Assembly (NCBI GenBank): GCA_041648575.1
Contig: JBAZOT010000005.1
Span: forward strand, 17,161-81,160
Source: Patescibacteria group bacterium
GTDB taxonomy: Bacteria > Patescibacteriota > Patescibacteriia > Veblenbacterales > UBA10138
DNA length: 64,000 bases
Reading direction: 5' to 3'
Under the pieces are notes generated by a model that ran no database searches, was not told the DNA's origin, and was given only the letters and a program-made list of their open reading frames with translations. A program made the translations under genes and the position numbers. Position 1 is the first letter of the stretch, and the number at the start of each line of letters is the position of its first letter. Below are positions 10,311 through 17,565 of this stretch, piece after piece.

Positions 10311-11579
10311 CTAATACTTCCCCCTCGCCTCAATTGCTTTACCAATTCTTTCTATAGCTAATACAAAAGCTGCAGTGCGTAAATCAATTTTTAATTCCTG
10401 CACCTTGCTCCAAATATCATTAAAGGCACGAGTCATAATTGGTTTTAGTTTTTCCATCACTTCTTTCTCTTCCCAATAATATTGCCCGATATTCTGCATT
10501 AATTCAAAATATGATACCGTAACGCCGCCGGCATTGGCTAACACATCGGGCACTACTATAATTTTTCGCTTGGCGAGTTTAACATCTGCCTCGGGCGTAG
10601 TTGGTCCATTAGCCATTTCAAATACTACTTTAGTTTTTATGCGGCCGGCGTTTTTGGAAGTTATCTGATTTTCTAAAGCTGCCAACACTAAAATATCTGT
10701 TGGCAGTTCTAATAATTGCTTGTTAGTTACTTGTTTAAAATTCTTACAATCACAAACCGTGCCAATACAATAACAGCCAGCAATTAAGCCACGGGCTTTT
10801 TTATCTTGCATCACATGTTCCGGATCCATACTAATACCATTTTTGGAATAAATTCCACCTTGGGAATCAGACAAACCAATTATTTTATAACCAACTTGAT
10901 AAGCTAATTTAGCAAAATTAAAACCAACATTACCAAAACCCTGCACAATAATTCTGGTTTTTTTAGGATTTAATTTTAATTTTTTGGCCAGTTCAGTTAA
11001 AACAAACAAGCCGCCTTGACCTGTGGCTTCAGCGCGACCGGCCGAACCGCCTAATTCCAAAGGCTTGCCAGTTACCACCCCCGGCACCTTTTTACCAACT
11101 ACACGCGAGTATTCATCCACAATCCAACCCATCATTTCCGGAGTAGTATTTACGTCAGGCGCTAAAATATCTTGCTCTGGTCCAATAAACGGAACTAAAC
11201 GACGAGTTAAGGCGCGAGTTAAACGTTCCAGTTCGTTCTTGGATAATTTTTTTGGGTCAACTGTAATACCGCCTTTGCCGCCACCCAAAGGAATATCCAC
11301 TACTGCACATTTTATTCCCATCCAAAAAGCTAAAGCCTTAACTTCGTCCAAATTAGTTTGTGGATGATAACGTAAACCACCTTTATAAGGACCCCGAGCA
11401 GAAGTGTATTGTACGCGAAAACTTTCAAACACACGAGTTGCGCCGTTATCCATTACTACTGGCAAAGAAAACTGCACCACCCGCTCTGGGTGTTTTAATT
11501 GCTCTAAAGCTTCTGGGAATACTTTGGCATACCCAGCTGCTTTTTTAAGTTGTTGCATGGCATTATTGAATACGGACAT
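10311..11579 (-). CDS. gdhA: Glu/Leu/Phe/Val dehydrogenase family (glutamate dehydrogenase)
   Basis: Catalytic motif GGGKGG and an NAD(P) Rossmann domain (GFGNVG). Confidence 0.9.
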   Translation of the reverse strand: MSVFNNAMQQLKKAAGYAKVFPEALEQLKHPERVVQFSLPVVMDNGATRVFESFRVQYTSARGPYKGGLRYHPQTNLDEVKALAFWMGIKCAVVDIPLGGGKGGITVDPKKLSKNELERLTRALTRRLVPFIGPEQDILAPDVNTTPEMMGWIVDEYSRVVGKKVPGVVTGKPLELGGSAGRAEATGQGGLFVLTELAKKLKLNPKKTRIIVQGFGNVGFNFAKLAYQVGYKIIGLSDSQGGIYSKNGISMDPEHVMQDKKARGLIAGCYCIGTVCDCKNFKQVTNKQLLELPTDILVLAALENQITSKNAGRIKTKVVFEMANGPTTPEADVKLAKRKIIVVPDVLANAGGVTVSYFELMQNIGQYYWEEKEVMEKLKPIMTRAFNDIWSKVQELKIDLRTAAFVLAIERIGKAIEARGKY

Positions 11580-11590
11580 AAATAAATAAA

Positions 11591-12010
11591 TTAATTAATT
11601 AATTTACGATTTAGTACATAAAGCGCTCCGGCCAGTATTATCAACAAAACTCCTTCAACTAAGGCCTGGGTTTGTTTATATGCTGATGAATATTGTGCCC
11701 AGTTTATGGTATAAACCATATAAATTGTAAGCAAGCCATTAACTATAGCTACTAAAGATATTCCCTTGACCAAGGGGGAATATTTATCTGGATGACGGGC
11801 TATTAAAAAAATTATTACTGATAAAGCCAATGACGCCATGGCAATTATTGAATCATGATAGGAACTATACAAAGCGCTATCAAACCAGGGAAAAATTGTT
11901 AAACCAAAATAATGAGCTATTGATCCAATGAAATAAAACGCAGAGGCAAGGTAAAGAATTACTCTTAACAATTTTACTCTAAATAATGAACCGGAATTAG
12001 TATTAAACAT
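11591..12010 (-). CDS. hypothetical membrane protein
   Basis: 139 aa with four predicted transmembrane segments. Confidence 0.35.
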   Translation of the reverse strand: MFNTNSGSLFRVKLLRVILYLASAFYFIGSIAHYFGLTIFPWFDSALYSSYHDSIIAMASLALSVIIFLIARHPDKYSPLVKGISLVAIVNGLLTIYMVYTINWAQYSSAYKQTQALVEGVLLIILAGALYVLNRKLIN

Positions 12011-12053
12011 GAAATAAGCCTTAAATTAAAATTTAAAAATCAAAATGTAAAAT

Positions 12054-12290
12054 TTACTTCTTTTGTTTATTATCGATTAAAGTATTTTTATGTGGATAGC
12101 AACATAAAACATTATCTAAATATTGCACACCACAAAAATATTTACAAATTGAAACATTTTTTATAGCGCATTTATGATTATCCACTCCCTCGGCCTCATT
12201 CCAAGGACATTTCATTTGTTTCCATGAGGTTTTATCTTCTGAAGTAAGATCAATATCCATATTTGCCCCATCTAAAACTTTTGTTTTCAT
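12054..12290 (-). CDS. small Cys-rich hypothetical protein
   Basis: 78 aa containing 8 Cys (CPWNEAEGVDNHKCAIKNVSICKYFCGVQYLDNVLCC). It lies immediately upstream of, and on the same strand as, the HD-Nudix gene. Confidence 0.3.
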   Translation of the reverse strand: MKTKVLDGANMDIDLTSEDKTSWKQMKCPWNEAEGVDNHKCAIKNVSICKYFCGVQYLDNVLCCYPHKNTLIDNKQKK

Positions 12291-12333
12291 AAATATATTA
12301 ATTAAAATTTAAGAATACTTATTAGACTATTAA

Positions 12334-13494
12334 CTACAAATTACCTCGGTTTATGGTTCTTCTCCAGTCTTGTATCGCTTCCCTATGTTTATAGGCAATT
12401 AATTTTGGTAATGTATCCATCGAAAAATATCTAACTTCCGACGACTCTTTGTTAAGCCTAGACTCACCACCTATTATTGAACCGAAATAGATTATATCTA
12501 AGTTTATTCCCCGTGGATCGTTATCTATCTGGTAAACGCCAACCAATTTATCAACCTTAATATCCAGATTAGTTTCCTCCTTAACTTCCCTAATTAATGC
12601 AGACTCTGGTTTCTCTGAATAATTGACGTAACCACCGGGCAAACACCAAAAATTTTTAAGCGGTGTTTTTGCTCGTTTAATAAGTAAAATTTTCCCTTGT
12701 TTCTTGAGAATTACACTAACGACTGGTTTGGGATTGTTCCAAAAAACAAAATTACATTTTGGGCAGAATAATAACCTTTGTCTGTCCACTAATTTCCTTT
12801 TCAATTGATTAGAACAAGTAGGACAAAAGTTATATTCTTTCTCCCTCGGATTATTTTTTATGTAAAATTCTTTAATAATTTCATTCTTAAAACTATTAAA
12901 GATGTTGTTTTCTAACTGGTACTCCCAGAGAAAAATTCTTGCAGAATCAGGAAGCTTGCTCACCATAAATCTTATTTTATCCTTAATTCTCCCTCTTCCC
13001 TCTGCTTTAAATAATTTAGGCGCTATCGAAGTAAAAAATGCAAAGCTATCTGCCGTAACGAGATAATTTAAATCCTGGTCATTTAACTTTTCAACCTTAT
13101 CCCCAGTATCATCATGGTTGGTTATTAAAAAATTAATTCTCTTTATAATATCACTTTTTATATTATTTTTCTTCAAAATAGGAACGATAAATTTTACACT
13201 TCTTTTAGCATGCAACTTCTTATGTTCTAAGTATGCTCTACTACTCCTATCTCCTTTAAAACCACCTCCCACTTTAGGTGTTACCACCCTATCAATATCA
13301 TGAAACAAAGCAGCTAATTTTAAAGCGGTTGAAGCACTTGGATTCAATTTTTCAATCCAATCTAAAACATCTAAAGCGTGTAACCTTTCTCCCTTTACCC
13401 CCTGCATTATATCCTTATCATGACATTCGAATCTTCTACAAATTTGTTCTAATATTTTTTTAGCCTTTTCAATCGTATTATTCATAATACACAT
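12334..13494 (-). CDS. HD-domain / zinc-ribbon / NUDIX hydrolase fusion protein (NudC-like C-terminal half)
   Basis: An N-terminal HD motif (H...HDID) is followed by paired CxxC zinc-ribbon motifs (CPTCSN...CPKCNF) and a Nudix box (GGYVNYSEKPESALIREVKEETNL). Confidence 0.7.
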   Translation of the reverse strand: MCIMNNTIEKAKKILEQICRRFECHDKDIMQGVKGERLHALDVLDWIEKLNPSASTALKLAALFHDIDRVVTPKVGGGFKGDRSSRAYLEHKKLHAKRSVKFIVPILKKNNIKSDIIKRINFLITNHDDTGDKVEKLNDQDLNYLVTADSFAFFTSIAPKLFKAEGRGRIKDKIRFMVSKLPDSARIFLWEYQLENNIFNSFKNEIIKEFYIKNNPREKEYNFCPTCSNQLKRKLVDRQRLLFCPKCNFVFWNNPKPVVSVILKKQGKILLIKRAKTPLKNFWCLPGGYVNYSEKPESALIREVKEETNLDIKVDKLVGVYQIDNDPRGINLDIIYFGSIIGGESRLNKESSEVRYFSMDTLPKLIAYKHREAIQDWRRTINRGNL

Positions 13495-13521
13495 TAAATA
13501 CTCGCATCATTAACTATTAAA

Positions 13522-14505
13522 CTACTTTCCTGCCCTTCCCCAATCAATTTTAACGCCCCGCAGCCCCCGTACTTTTTGCAAATATTCATAAGCTTTAAGC
13601 GCAGCAGTAGCGCCCCAGCCAGCTGAAATTACAATTTGCTTATAAGAAATCGCAGTCAAATCGCCGGCAGCAAAAATTCCCGGAGCCGAGGTTTCTGCAT
13701 CCCAAGAAATTTTAATTTGCTTTCGCTCATCCAAATCCACCAACCCTTCTACCAATTTAGCATCCACCACAAAACCTACTTGAACAAATACTCCTTCAGT
13801 AATAATTTCCCTAGTTTTATTTGGGTCACGATTATCATAAATCACCACACTTTTAACCCTAGTATCACCCTTGATTTCCTTAACTTGGCTATTCATTATT
13901 ACCTCAATCTGCGGCTGTTTTAATTGCTCCACTAACACTGCTTCAGCATTAAAATTATCATTACGATTAACCAAATAAACTTTGGGACTGTTTTTAGCCA
14001 GGAGCAACGCAGCATCTATTGCTGAATTGCCACCACCCACCACCATCACCGGCTTATTTTTAAATAATGGCGCATCGCAGGTCGCGCAATAACCAACTCC
14101 TTTAGCACCAAATTCTTTTTCGCCCGGCACATTTAAATGCCGATGGGTTAAACCAAAAGCTAAAATCACACTATAGCTAGTATAATTTTCAGTATTAGTG
14201 GAAATCGTAAACAATGGCTTATTTTCTTTGTCTTGTTTACTCTCAATTTTTGTAACTTCAGCAAACACAAACTCTGTACCGAATTTTTCCGCTTGCTTTT
14301 TAAACTTATCCATCAATTCCGGGCCAGTAATCAACTCCACACCTGGATAATTTTCTATTTCATCAGTACTAGCTGCTTGCCCGCCAATATCTGGGGAGAT
14401 TAATAATGTTTTTAAAGCCCGGCGTGAGGAATAAATCCCGGCAGTGAGTCCCGCAGCTCCGCCACCAATAATAATTACATCAAATATCTTTTTGTCATCA
14501 GTCAT
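13522..14505 (-). CDS. trxB: thioredoxin-disulfide reductase
   Basis: FAD motif IIGGGAAGLTAG, redox-active CATCD, and an NADPH motif (VVGGGNSA). Confidence 0.9.
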   Translation of the reverse strand: MTDDKKIFDVIIIGGGAAGLTAGIYSSRRALKTLLISPDIGGQAASTDEIENYPGVELITGPELMDKFKKQAEKFGTEFVFAEVTKIESKQDKENKPLFTISTNTENYTSYSVILAFGLTHRHLNVPGEKEFGAKGVGYCATCDAPLFKNKPVMVVGGGNSAIDAALLLAKNSPKVYLVNRNDNFNAEAVLVEQLKQPQIEVIMNSQVKEIKGDTRVKSVVIYDNRDPNKTREIITEGVFVQVGFVVDAKLVEGLVDLDERKQIKISWDAETSAPGIFAAGDLTAISYKQIVISAGWGATAALKAYEYLQKVRGLRGVKIDWGRAGK

Positions 14506-14522
14506 AAATAATAAATTATTTA

Positions 14523-14846
14523 TTAAGAATGTTTTTCCAAAGCTTGTTTTAATTTATCCTTGGGTTGTACTCCATGAAATTGCTCTACCACTTTTCCTTG
14601 TTTAAAAATAAATAGTGTGGGAATACTCATCACATTATATTGCCCAGCCATAGTTGTATTTTCATCCACATTAATCATACCAACTTTAAAAGGTTTGCCT
14701 TCTAAATCTCGGGCTAGCTCTTCCACAATTGGCCCAAGCATGCGGCAAGGGCCACACCATGGCGCCCAAAAATCAACCAACACTGGTACCTCGCTTTTTA
14801 AAACCTCTTGCTCAAAATTTTGATCTGTTAAATTTATTTCTGCCAT
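14523..14846 (-). CDS. trxA: thioredoxin
   Basis: WCGPC active site in a 107-aa protein. Confidence 0.9.
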   Translation of the reverse strand: MAEINLTDQNFEQEVLKSEVPVLVDFWAPWCGPCRMLGPIVEELARDLEGKPFKVGMINVDENTTMAGQYNVMSIPTLFIFKQGKVVEQFHGVQPKDKLKQALEKHS

Positions 14847-14886
14847 AACATAAATTTAAAAATTAAAAATCAAAATATAAAATAAA

Positions 14887-15156
14887 TTAAGAAGTAATTT
14901 TAAACAATTGAGCAACTGTACGCTCAAGTTTTTTTATTTTATCTTGAGAGCCAGTCCCTGATCCAAAACATCCAGTAGCTTCGACTTCCAACAACAAACG
15001 CCCCAAACGTTCCAACGAAGCCCTAGCTGCCACAATTTGTTGCAGTACTTCAGAACAAGCGCGTTTGTCTTGTATCATTCCGCCTATACCTTGAATTTGT
15101 CCTTGAAGCCGATTAAAATGCTGACTGACTTCTTTAATGTCACATTCTATACTCAT
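14887..15156 (-). CDS. metal-sensitive transcriptional repressor, CsoR/RcnR/FrmR family
   Basis: 89-aa all-alpha protein with a motif similar to CsoR (RLQGQIQGIGGMIQDKRACSEVLQQIVAARASLERLG). Confidence 0.65.
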   Translation of the reverse strand: MSIECDIKEVSQHFNRLQGQIQGIGGMIQDKRACSEVLQQIVAARASLERLGRLLLEVEATGCFGSGTGSQDKIKKLERTVAQLFKITS

Positions 15157-15178
15157 ACTATATACTAGTATATAGTAT
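15155..15178. promoter_or_regulatory. 24-bp perfect palindrome ATACTATATACTAGTATATAGTAT overlapping the csoR-like start codon (candidate operator)
   Basis: The perfect dyad was verified base by base. It sits directly at the minus-strand ATG (15154-15156) and no Shine-Dalgarno sequence is visible. Confidence 0.3.
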
Positions 15179-15311
15179 TAACATAAATTTGTCAATATTT
15201 TAAAATAAACATGGCTGTGCACGGGCATAGTCGTACGTTCAATAAACAACCGTCAGGAAATTCCTGACCATTATTAATCACTATCGTGACACACCCAGTT
15301 TATAATTAACT

Positions 15312-15352
15312 GGAAAAACCCGATTCGTTTGTATTAGAATCGGGTTTTATTT
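15312..15352. terminator. bidirectional rho-independent terminator
   Basis: Stem AACCCGATTC/GAATCGGGTT with a 10-nt loop, flanked by an A-run and a T-run. Confidence 0.5.
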
Positions 15353-15416
15353 ATAACGACGCTTAATAATGGCTAAAATTAGCTATTTTTATTAATTTAA
15401 CGTCAAGATCTACTTA

Positions 15417-15438
15417 AATTGTTCCACGTGGAACAATT
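15417..15438. promoter_or_regulatory. 22-bp perfect palindrome AATTGTTCCACGTGGAACAATT (copy 1, 3' side of tRNA-Ala)
   Basis: Perfect dyad. A second copy lies at 15698-15717. Confidence 0.3.
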
Positions 15439-15521
15439 GTACTCAATTCTCCATATCATAATATACAATACTTAACCACGAGTAATTCTATATAATTACA
15501 CTTAAATAAAAATTAGGTACT

Positions 15522-15597
15522 TGGTGGACCGTACCGGATTTGAACCGGTGACCTCTTCCATGCCATGGAAGCGCTCTACCAACTGAGCCAACGGCCC
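15522..15597 (-). tRNA. tRNA-Ala (anticodon GGC)
   Basis: Manual cloverleaf: acceptor GGGCCGT/ACGGTCC with a G3:U70 pair, anticodon loop ATGGCAT, T-loop TTCAAAT, and encoded CCA. Confidence 0.9.
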
Positions 15598-15697
15598 GCT
15601 AAACACCCAATTTTGGGATATTTCTAAACTTGCTTGTATATTATAGCTAAATAATGAAAACAGTCAATTATATCAATAAAATCAAGGCTTTTTACCA

Positions 15698-15717
15698 ATT
15701 GTTCCACGTGGAACAAT
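15698..15717. promoter_or_regulatory. 20-bp perfect palindrome ATTGTTCCACGTGGAACAAT (copy 2, 5' side of tRNA-Ala)
   Basis: Identical core to the palindrome at 15417-15438. Confidence 0.3.
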
Positions 15718-15774
15718 ATTAACTTACTGCGTTAGTTTCACTATTTCAGGAATAAAATCCAGATATTTTACCCA

Positions 15775-16536
15775 TTACCCTTGTCCTGTTTTACGTGTTG
15801 GAGTATTGGCCATTTCATTTAAAATTGCTAATAAAGGAAAGATAATAACGGCATTTATAATCCGAAATATGCGCTTTGGTTGCTTAATTACCCGCCATAA
15901 CCATTCTAAGCCGAGTTTCTGTATATTTTTTGGCGCCCTAGATACTTGTCCACTTAAATAATCAAAACTACCTCCCACACCAATAGCTACTTTTACACTT
16001 GGTATTTGTTTTAAATAATAACTTATCCACTTTTCCTGTTTAGGAGCTCCAAAACCTACTAACAAAACCTGTGGCTGATGTTTATTTATTTCATTTATTA
16101 ATCGATCGTTATCATTGCTAGATAAAGGAAACTGATCATTATCATTAAAAAATGGTCCTACCAAATAATTAATATTTGTCTGGGTGTATTTTTGTTTAAT
16201 TTTATCTAAAACTTCACTGGATCCGCCAGTAATCAAAAATGAATAATTGCTATTTTGTAATAACTGATCAACTAAATCAACTCCGCGAACTAAACCGCTA
16301 TATAACGGTTTGCCTATAATGTAAGAAATGAATTTGATACCAAAACCATCTGGTACGCGTAAACTGGCTTGATTTAAAATATCAAAATAGTCGTGATGTT
16401 TTTTAGCGTATAATAATATTTCTGGATTAGCTGTAACTATTAACTGCTGACCCTGGCTATTAACTAACTCGTCAATTTTTTTCAATGTCTGGTCTAGAGA
16501 AATATCATCAATCGGTAAATTAAAAATCTTTAACAT
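15775..16536 (-). CDS. WecB/TagA/CpsF family glycosyltransferase (N-acetylmannosaminyltransferase-like)
   Basis: Conserved VTANPEI... and RVPDGFGI motifs in a 253-aa protein. Confidence 0.75.
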   Translation of the reverse strand: MLKIFNLPIDDISLDQTLKKIDELVNSQGQQLIVTANPEILLYAKKHHDYFDILNQASLRVPDGFGIKFISYIIGKPLYSGLVRGVDLVDQLLQNSNYSFLITGGSSEVLDKIKQKYTQTNINYLVGPFFNDNDQFPLSSNDNDRLINEINKHQPQVLLVGFGAPKQEKWISYYLKQIPSVKVAIGVGGSFDYLSGQVSRAPKNIQKLGLEWLWRVIKQPKRIFRIINAVIIFPLLAILNEMANTPTRKTGQG

Positions 16537-16609
16537 ACAGTGTTATTGTAGCACTTCAACGCTTTAACACTATAACAATATAACATTTAAACACCACGAA
16601 ATTTTAATT

Positions 16610-16690
16610 TAAAAAAGCGCGGCAGGGGTGGGGTTGTTAGAGGTAGAGGACGGCCTCCACAATTCTAAGTCGCCTGCCTCTAGCAAAAAA
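16610..16690 (+). repeat. partial copy C of the GC-rich structured element
   Basis: GGGGTGGGGTTGTTAGAGGTAGAGG...CCTCTAGCAAAAAAG aligns with the distal part of copy A (GGGGTGGTTAGGGGTAGAGGG...CTCTACCCCTAACAGAAAAG). Confidence 0.3.
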
Positions 16691-16706
16691 GTAGCCATTT
16701 GACTTA

Positions 16707-16730
16707 TTAAGTGTACTATAGTACACTTAA
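16707..16730. promoter_or_regulatory. 24-bp perfect palindrome TTAAGTGTACTATAGTACACTTAA ending 6 bp before the lexA ATG (candidate SOS/LexA operator)
   Basis: Perfect dyad with a TGTAC-N4-GTACA core. The position fits an autoregulatory operator. Confidence 0.45.
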
Positions 16731-16736
16731 TATACT

Positions 16737-17321
16737 ATGTCTCGACCACTTAGCAACAACTTAAGAACCAAAGAGCTAAAGAAGTTTTGGCAAGTTAATG
16801 AGCGTATGCCCAGTTATGCGGAAATTGCCGAGTTTTGTAAATTTAATTCCAAATTTGCCGCCTTGCGCCTAGCGCGTAAATGGCTGGCTTTAGGTTATGC
16901 TAAAAAAGATTATTCAGGAAAATTAATACCTGGAAAATTAATATGGCCAGTAAAACTTTTAGGCACGGTACAAGCCGGATTTCCCAGCCCAGCTGAAGAA
17001 GAAATGGCCGACACTATTTCGCTAGACGACTGGCTAATTAAAAAACGCGAAGCTAGTTTTATGTTAAAAGTTACTGGCGATTCCATGATTGACGCAGGAA
17101 TTCAACCGGGCGATATGGTGATACTCGAACGCGGCCGCGAACCGCGGCACGGCGATGTGGTGGTGGCTGAAGTTGATAGGGAATGGACTATTAAATTTTT
17201 TGAAAAGCGCAATCGGCAAATTGTGCTACGGCCAGCTAATAAAAAATATCAAACAATTGTGCCACGAGAAGAGTTAAAAATCGCCGGCGTAGTAACCGCG
17301 GTTATTAGGAAATATAAGTGA
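16737..17321 (+). CDS. lexA: LexA-like transcriptional repressor (S24 peptidase)
   Basis: N-terminal winged-helix region, an Ala-Gly cleavage site (VQAGFPSPA), Ser nucleophile GDSM, and a catalytic Lys (TIKFFEKR). Confidence 0.85.
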   Translation: MSRPLSNNLRTKELKKFWQVNERMPSYAEIAEFCKFNSKFAALRLARKWLALGYAKKDYSGKLIPGKLIWPVKLLGTVQAGFPSPAEEEMADTISLDDWLIKKREASFMLKVTGDSMIDAGIQPGDMVILERGREPRHGDVVVAEVDREWTIKFFEKRNRQIVLRPANKKYQTIVPREELKIAGVVTAVIRKYK

Positions 17322-17384
17322 ACACAAATTCTAAACTCTAATATCTAAATCCTAAACAAATTTAAAATACCAATACCAAAACAT

Positions 17385-17553
17385 TAATGCCACCATAGCG
17401 AGGGTAAGAAAACGGCGTGGAACCGAAGCGAGCGAAAAAGTAGCCGCGTGTTATGGTTGTTTTGCATAGCGGCTACAGCGAGCGACGGTAACGCCGTCTT
17501 ACCCGAAGCTCCTGGTGGCGCTTTTTCCCACCACTTTTTCTAAAAAAGTGGTG
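17385..17553 (-). repeat. GC-rich structured repeat element, copy B (inverted relative to copy A)
   Basis: The terminal 39-mer at 17515-17553 is the reverse complement of 6994-7032. The body (17385-17514) is GC-rich with long stems such as GTAGCCGC...GCGGCTAC. Confidence 0.5.
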
Positions 17554-17565
17554 AAAGAATTAAAT

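Noticed and set aside
17515-17565. Upstream in-frame start for dinB (MALFPTTFSKKVVKELN...).
   Set aside because: These codons lie inside the conserved 39-nt palindromic terminus of repeat element B. Y-family polymerase homology begins at the Met at 17566.
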